A stretch of 64,000 nt of DNA from a bacterium (GTDB lineage Bacteria; UBA10199; 2-02-FULL-44-16; JAAZCA01): the NCBI GenBank assembly GCA_963674695.2, contig CAXXGI010000002.1:96001-160000 (forward strand), given 5' to 3'. The stretch's first letter is position 1. The number at the start of each line of letters is the position of its first letter. Below are positions 58,871-64,000 of this stretch, piece by piece. The notes under the pieces were generated by a model. The model ran no database searches, was not told the origin of the DNA, and worked only from the letters and a program-made list of their open reading frames with translations. The translations under genes and the position numbers were made by a program.

Positions 58871-61799
58871 ATATTGTAAAAGATTGATAGAAGTAGATCT
58901 GCCTATAAAGCGGATATCTGTACATGCTCGAAGGGAAAAAAGCATTCGGCATGGACATATTTCAACGCTCCATATCTGGTGGGCAAGAAGGCCATTAGCC
59001 GCATGCCGCGCTGTAATATGCGCATCGCTCTGGCCTGATCCTGCAGATGAAAAGTGCCCTGAAAGATTTCGCAAGACGGCCAGAGAACAGATGACGAAAT
59101 GGGCAAAGGATCATCTGCGATTGCTCAGCGAAGAGAGTTGGACAAGGTTCGTCGCCATTTCAAAAGATGAGAGAAAACTGGATGATCCTGTCGAATTACG
59201 TGGAGCATTGCTCGATTTTATTACAGATTTTTCCAATTGGGATAATTCCACTAAATCAGAATATCTTGAGACCAGCCGACTTCTGACCCAGTCTGCACAC
59301 GAAGCCCTTGGGGGTGAGGCAGGTTCTCGTCCTTTAGTAGTCGATCCATTTGCTGGTGGTGGCTCCATCCCTCTTGAAGCCCTTCGTGTTGGAGCTGATG
59401 CTTTTGCTAGTGATCTAAACCCTGTGCCGGTATTGCTCAATAAGGTCATGCTTGAATATATTCCTAAATATGGGCAACGTCTTGCAGATGAAGTTCGTAT
59501 GTGGGGTAAGAGGATCAAGGAAAAGGCAGAAAAAGAACTTGCTGGCCTCTATCCCAATGACCCTGATGGTGCAATACCCACTGCATATATTTGGGCAAGG
59601 ACAATCCAATGTGAAGGCCCTAGTTGTGGTGCATGGATACCATTATTACGTTCAACTTTATTGTCAAAGCGTAGCGGACGCGAAGCATTTATTCAACTAT
59701 CTGTTGATAAAAAGAAATGTATTGTTAATTCGAAAGTCGTTTTTGGTGTACCAAGTAAAAATGATCTGAATAGCACAGTATCTCGAGGTAAGCCGACATG
59801 CCCTGTATGCGGCTATACAACTTCCTTGGATAATGTTAAAAAACAGTTTCGTTCTAGAAACGGTGGCACATTAGATGCTCGGCTTATGGCAGTTGTATTA
59901 AACAATGGGTTATTCCATGATCCAGGACAAACCGATAAAAAAGCAATCGCGAATGCGGCTACCAAACTTGATGCAATTAAAAAGGAATGGAACGGAGATT
60001 TATCCTTCGTACCTAATGAAGACACTACTCATTACCATACGTTTGTTAATAGAGCCTCTGTTTACGGTTTATCAACGTGGGAGGATTTTTACACAATCCG
60101 ACAGCGACTTGTATTGGGTACGCTTTGTCAACTAGTTTCCAATTTAGATTTATCTTCTCTTCAAGATTCTGATTTTGAAAAGGCGGTGCGAACATTGCTC
60201 GCTTTTTCAATTGATAGAGGCGCTGACTATTGGAGCTCATTAGCAACATGGGCAGGTGATTTTGTTGCCCATACATTTGGCAGGCAAGCCCTTCCTTTTG
60301 TTTGGGATTTTGCAGAGGTGAATCCATTTGCGGAAGCCTCAGGAAATTTTGCCGGAGCACTTGACTGGATAGCGCGTGTAGTTGAACGTGAATCTATCAG
60401 CCATTCACATCCCGGCCAAGTACTGCAGGGTAGTGCAACAGAATTAGCATTGCCTGACGATTCAGCAAGTGCTGTTATAACCGATCCACCATACTACTAC
60501 GCAATCCAGTACGCAGATTTATCGGACTATTTTTATGTTTGGTTACGTAGAAGCCTTGGATCACATTATCCATCTCTATTAAGTAACGATGAAACTCCGA
60601 AACAAGAGGAAGCAATAGTTCAATCTCCCGGAGATCAAGATGCGTTAGAAGGTAAAAACAGAGAACATTATGAGAGAATTATGCGCAAGGCATTACTTTC
60701 CTCTCGTCGAGTGGCTCAGCCGAATGGTGTAGCAGTAATAGTGTTTGCAAATGCCACAACTGCCGGTTGGGAATCACTATTAGATTCGGCAATTTCGCAA
60801 GGTTGGGTAATCACTGCCAGTTGGCCTATTGATACCGAACGGCCAGGGCGGGTTATTTCTTCGGGACGAGCTGTGCTTGCCTCCTCCGTTCATCTTGTTT
60901 GCCGTCCTCGTGAAAATCCTGACGGGTCTGTTCGCACGGATGATGTCGGCAATTGGCGTGATGTTCTTGAAGAACTCCCCAAACGTATCCACGAATGGAT
61001 GCCACGTCTTGCCGAGGAAGGTGTGGTCGGTGCAGATGCGATATTTGCTTGTCTGGGACCGGCACTGGAAATTTACTCCAAATATTCGTCGGTTGAAAAA
61101 GCCAGTGGTGAACAAGTTCTATTAAAGGAATATCTTATAGAGGTATGGGCGGCAGTATCACGTGAAGCGCTGGATATGATTTTTAGGGGAGCTGACGCGT
61201 CCGGCTTTGAAGAAGATGCACGTATAACCGCTATGTGGCTCTGGACGTTGCACACTGAATCCAACGGAAATTCGAGTGAAGAGAATAAGGTGCAATCCTC
61301 TCATGGTTATTCGTTGGAATACGATGCTGCCAGAAAAATTGCTCAGGGGCTTGGTGTGCACCTTGAGAACATGACAAATTTGATCGACATAAAAGGCGAT
61401 ACAGCCACACTGCTTCCAGTCGCTGGGCGAACGCGATACCTTTTTGGCAAAGATGCAGACGAAGTGCCCAAAGAAAAAAAGAAAAAGAAAATCGTTCAAC
61501 AATCCCTTTTCGATTTTGAAGAAGATCTCAAAGAAATCGAAAAGGAGGCGGGAAAGATATCCGGCGAGCTATCAGGCAAGCCGGGCACAACAGTTCTGGA
61601 TCAACTCCATCAATGTATGCTTCTCTTTGCTGCGGGGCGTGGCGAGGCGATGAAGCGCCTTCTTGTTGAAGAAGGCATAGGTCGCAATCCGCTTTTCTGG
61701 AGATTGGCGCAGGCTCTGTCTGCCCTGTATCCTTCAAGCACTGATGAAAAAAGGTGGGTGGATGGTGTCTTGGCACGCAAAAAGGGTCTGGGGTTGTAG
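58863..61799 (+). CDS. DUF1156 family DNA methyltransferase
   Basis: LHIWWARRPL, DPFAGGGSIP (SAM-binding), TDPPYY (amino-MTase motif IV). Confidence 0.92.
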   Translation: MNEYCKRLIEVDLPIKRISVHARREKSIRHGHISTLHIWWARRPLAACRAVICASLWPDPADEKCPERFRKTAREQMTKWAKDHLRLLSEESWTRFVAISKDERKLDDPVELRGALLDFITDFSNWDNSTKSEYLETSRLLTQSAHEALGGEAGSRPLVVDPFAGGGSIPLEALRVGADAFASDLNPVPVLLNKVMLEYIPKYGQRLADEVRMWGKRIKEKAEKELAGLYPNDPDGAIPTAYIWARTIQCEGPSCGAWIPLLRSTLLSKRSGREAFIQLSVDKKKCIVNSKVVFGVPSKNDLNSTVSRGKPTCPVCGYTTSLDNVKKQFRSRNGGTLDARLMAVVLNNGLFHDPGQTDKKAIANAATKLDAIKKEWNGDLSFVPNEDTTHYHTFVNRASVYGLSTWEDFYTIRQRLVLGTLCQLVSNLDLSSLQDSDFEKAVRTLLAFSIDRGADYWSSLATWAGDFVAHTFGRQALPFVWDFAEVNPFAEASGNFAGALDWIARVVERESISHSHPGQVLQGSATELALPDDSASAVITDPPYYYAIQYADLSDYFYVWLRRSLGSHYPSLLSNDETPKQEEAIVQSPGDQDALEGKNREHYERIMRKALLSSRRVAQPNGVAVIVFANATTAGWESLLDSAISQGWVITASWPIDTERPGRVISSGRAVLASSVHLVCRPRENPDGSVRTDDVGNWRDVLEELPKRIHEWMPRLAEEGVVGADAIFACLGPALEIYSKYSSVEKASGEQVLLKEYLIEVWAAVSREALDMIFRGADASGFEEDARITAMWLWTLHTESNGNSSEENKVQSSHGYSLEYDAARKIAQGLGVHLENMTNLIDIKGDTATLLPVAGRTRYLFGKDADEVPKEKKKKKIVQQSLFDFEEDLKEIEKEAGKISGELSGKPGTTVLDQLHQCMLLFAAGRGEAMKRLLVEEGIGRNPLFWRLAQALSALYPSSTDEKRWVDGVLARKKGLGL

Positions 61800-61801
61800 A
61801 T

Positions 61802-62380
61802 ATGATCAACATGGAACACTGGAAAGAGGATTTCTTTAAGACCGTAGTTGCGGACAAGTATGTAAATAATTTGAAGAAGGCTTCTTTAAATGGTGATCTT
61901 AAACAGTGGACAAAATTACTGACGAATGTCGTCGTCAATGTATGTAATCGCACTGGTTGGGCAGTAGCCGCAAAGGGACACCGGTTGGATGTCGTACCTG
62001 AGCCTCGAGAGGAATATTTCGGCATCGATGTTATGGCTTTTGAAAAATTGGAATTGCCTTGGTTATTTCCCATCGCTGCGATAGAGCTGGAAAATAGCCA
62101 GAAGGACGACAGGATATGCTATTCACTTTGGAAAACGCTGAACGTGGATGCACAGATTCGTATTGTATTTTGCTATCGAGCTGAAATGGATGAAGGGACA
62201 CACCTTGTAAAGTATCTTGCCGATCAAGTTCTTTCGTCTATGAGCATTGAGCGCCGTTCAAAATTAAGCGGTGAAACATTTATTGTTGTTGGCTATCGTA
62301 ACAGGGCAGAGACATTTCCATATAGCTTTTTTAAATGGTGGATAATGAACGGTAACACGGCCCAATTTGAACAGTATTAA
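61802..62380 (+). CDS. Hypothetical protein, possible PD-(D/E)XK-like nuclease
   Basis: EYFGIDVMAF..AAIELENS. Confidence 0.55.
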   Translation: MINMEHWKEDFFKTVVADKYVNNLKKASLNGDLKQWTKLLTNVVVNVCNRTGWAVAAKGHRLDVVPEPREEYFGIDVMAFEKLELPWLFPIAAIELENSQKDDRICYSLWKTLNVDAQIRIVFCYRAEMDEGTHLVKYLADQVLSSMSIERRSKLSGETFIVVGYRNRAETFPYSFFKWWIMNGNTAQFEQY

Positions 62381-62393
62381 AGAAAGGATTTTT

Positions 62394-64000
62394 ATGTCCA
62401 AGCTAAAACCCTGGTATAAAGTCGTTACTCCGCGTGAAGATCTGCGCGAGGGCAAACCACTCGATGCGTCCGAATTTGCTGTTCATCTCGATCAGGTTCG
62501 AGATGGCAGAGCAAATAATGACTATCAAAATCCAGCCCGGTTTTTTGAAAGGACATTTTTGACCAAAAGCCTGCTACAGATGTCTTCTGAAGTGGTGCGA
62601 AGACTATCAGGTGAAAAAACAGAAACCTCGGCCGTGTTTAATATGGCTACGCAATTCGGTGGCGGTAAAACACACGCCTTAACACTGCTATACCATTTGG
62701 CCTCTAACGGACAAAAATCGCGCAAATGGACAGGTGTATCCACTATCCTTGAAAGTGCAGGCATCAAAGAAGTTCCAGAATCGGCTACAGCCGTATTTGT
62801 TGGAACTGAATTCGATTCATTGCATGGCCGTGGAGGCGATAATGGCGAGCCTATACGAAAAACCCCTTGGGGTGAAATAGCGTTCCAGCTCTCTGGTGAA
62901 GAGGGCCTTAAAGCCATAGCCGCACATGAAGAGAAACTCATTGCTCCTGCCGGCGATGCAATACGGAAATTTCTGCCGAAGGACAAACCTAGTCTTATCC
63001 TTATCGACGAGCTACTAAACTATATCAGCCGTAATCGCAAAAGTGGCCTGAGTGCCCAGCTATATAATTTTATCCAGAACCTTTCTGAGGAAGTTCGCGG
63101 CAATGACAATGTTGTACTTGTTGTTTCTATTCCCGCTTCGGAATTTGAAATGACGGCAGAGGACAGGTCGGATTATGAGCGTTTCAAAAAGGTGCTGGAT
63201 CGCTTGGGAAAAGCAGTCATCATGTCTGCTGAATCAGAAACCTCCGAAATTATAAGAAGACGGCTGTTTGAATGGGATACAAGAGCAGTCGGCGGAGATG
63301 GACGGATACTGCTTACTGGTGATGCAATCGCCACTTGCAACGAATATGCGGATTGGCTGGGTGATAATCGGCCACAAATACCGAGCTGGTTTTCCATTGA
63401 TCATGCAAAAGAGCAATTTCAAGCCACCTATCCGTTTCATCCCATGGTTTTATCAGTCTTCGAGAGAAAGTGGCAAGCGCTGCCACGATTTCAGCAGACG
63501 AGAGGAGTCTTGCGTCTTCTCGCACTATGGGTTTCCAAAGCCTATCAAGAAGGATTCAAAGGTGCACAAAAGGACGCATTGATAGATTTGGGTACCGCGC
63601 CGCTAGACGATCCGCAATTTCGATCCGCAGTATTTGAACAGATGGGAGAGTCTCGCTTGGAAGGTGCTCTTACGACAGATATATGTGGGAAAAGAGACTC
63701 CCATGCAATTCGCTTGGATCAAGAAGCCGTCGATACAATAAAGAAGGCTCAGATTCACAAGAAGGTGGCAACCACCATATTCTTTGAATCAAATGGCGGC
63801 CAGACAAAAGATGATGCGAGTCTTCCCGAGGTACGATTGGCTGTGGCCGGTCCAGATACGGACATTGGCAATGTTGAAACTGCTTTGGAAGGGCTGACGG
63901 ACAATTGCTATTATCTCACATCCGAAAAGAACCGCTACCGCTTCAGTCTAAAAGAGAATCTCAATAAACGTTTTTCCGATCGCAGGGCCAGCGTTAAAGT
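62394..64000 (+). CDS. DUF499 family ATPase (partial, runs off right edge)
   Basis: Own translation: MSKLKPWYKVVTPREDL..SEFAVHL..TQFGGGKTH..LILIDEL..YPFHP..FQQTRGVLR. Confidence 0.9.
   Translation, partial: MSKLKPWYKVVTPREDLREGKPLDASEFAVHLDQVRDGRANNDYQNPARFFERTFLTKSLLQMSSEVVRRLSGEKTETSAVFNMATQFGGGKTHALTLLYHLASNGQKSRKWTGVSTILESAGIKEVPESATAVFVGTEFDSLHGRGGDNGEPIRKTPWGEIAFQLSGEEGLKAIAAHEEKLIAPAGDAIRKFLPKDKPSLILIDELLNYISRNRKSGLSAQLYNFIQNLSEEVRGNDNVVLVVSIPASEFEMTAEDRSDYERFKKVLDRLGKAVIMSAESETSEIIRRRLFEWDTRAVGGDGRILLTGDAIATCNEYADWLGDNRPQIPSWFSIDHAKEQFQATYPFHPMVLSVFERKWQALPRFQQTRGVLRLLALWVSKAYQEGFKGAQKDALIDLGTAPLDDPQFRSAVFEQMGESRLEGALTTDICGKRDSHAIRLDQEAVDTIKKAQIHKKVATTIFFESNGGQTKDDASLPEVRLAVAGPDTDIGNVETALEGLTDNCYYLTSEKNRYRFSLKENLNKRFSDRRASVK

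Larger units (their letters stand above)
16442..64000. mobile_element. tRNA-Arg-integrated genomic island / prophage-like element (right end outside window)
   Basis: Recombinase abuts the tRNA 3' end; visible drop in GC; phage-type replication/recombination genes, cro/cI pair, cargo and defence genes. Confidence 0.85.

Noticed and set aside
16442-64000. Complete intact prophage
   Set aside because: No terminase, capsid, tail or lysis genes in the window, and attR is not seen. Cannot be decided from this window.

Overview
The window has three parts. (1) 1-16.3 kb is a GC-rich host backbone that looks deltaproteobacterial. It holds tandem paralogous hypothetical genes, a vWA protein, NamZ, a sigma-54-driven TIGR02147 gene, and a peptide/amino-acid catabolism block (OPT transporter, M29 aminopeptidase, PepT, RidA, 5'-nucleotidase, tyrosine phenol-lyase). 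(2) At tRNA-Arg(ACG) (16365-16441) a visibly lower-GC integrated element begins and runs off the right edge. It carries a large serine recombinase whose C-terminus is read antisense through the tRNA, a phage-type replication/recombination module, and a divergent cro/cI-like pair. No virion or conjugation genes are visible. (3) The element's cargo is a sensor kinase/sigma-54 regulatory block, a roughly 19 kb chaperone-rich gas vesicle cluster (3x gvpA, gvpN, 5x gvpF/L, gvpG, gvpO-like, gvpK, 2x gvpJ-like, Hsp20, CDC48, ArsA/GET3, Hsp70), and an SNF2/DUF1156/DUF499 restriction-like defence operon. The most unusual signal is a family of inverted heptamer-repeat hairpins (CGTATCT/CGTGAAG ... CTTCACG/AGATACG). 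One pair brackets a four-helix-bundle (23S-IVS/Avd-like) gene, and at least four gene-less copies sit at gene junctions directly before the next ribosome-binding site in the gas vesicle operon. All family assignments come from motifs recognised by eye; no database searches were run.
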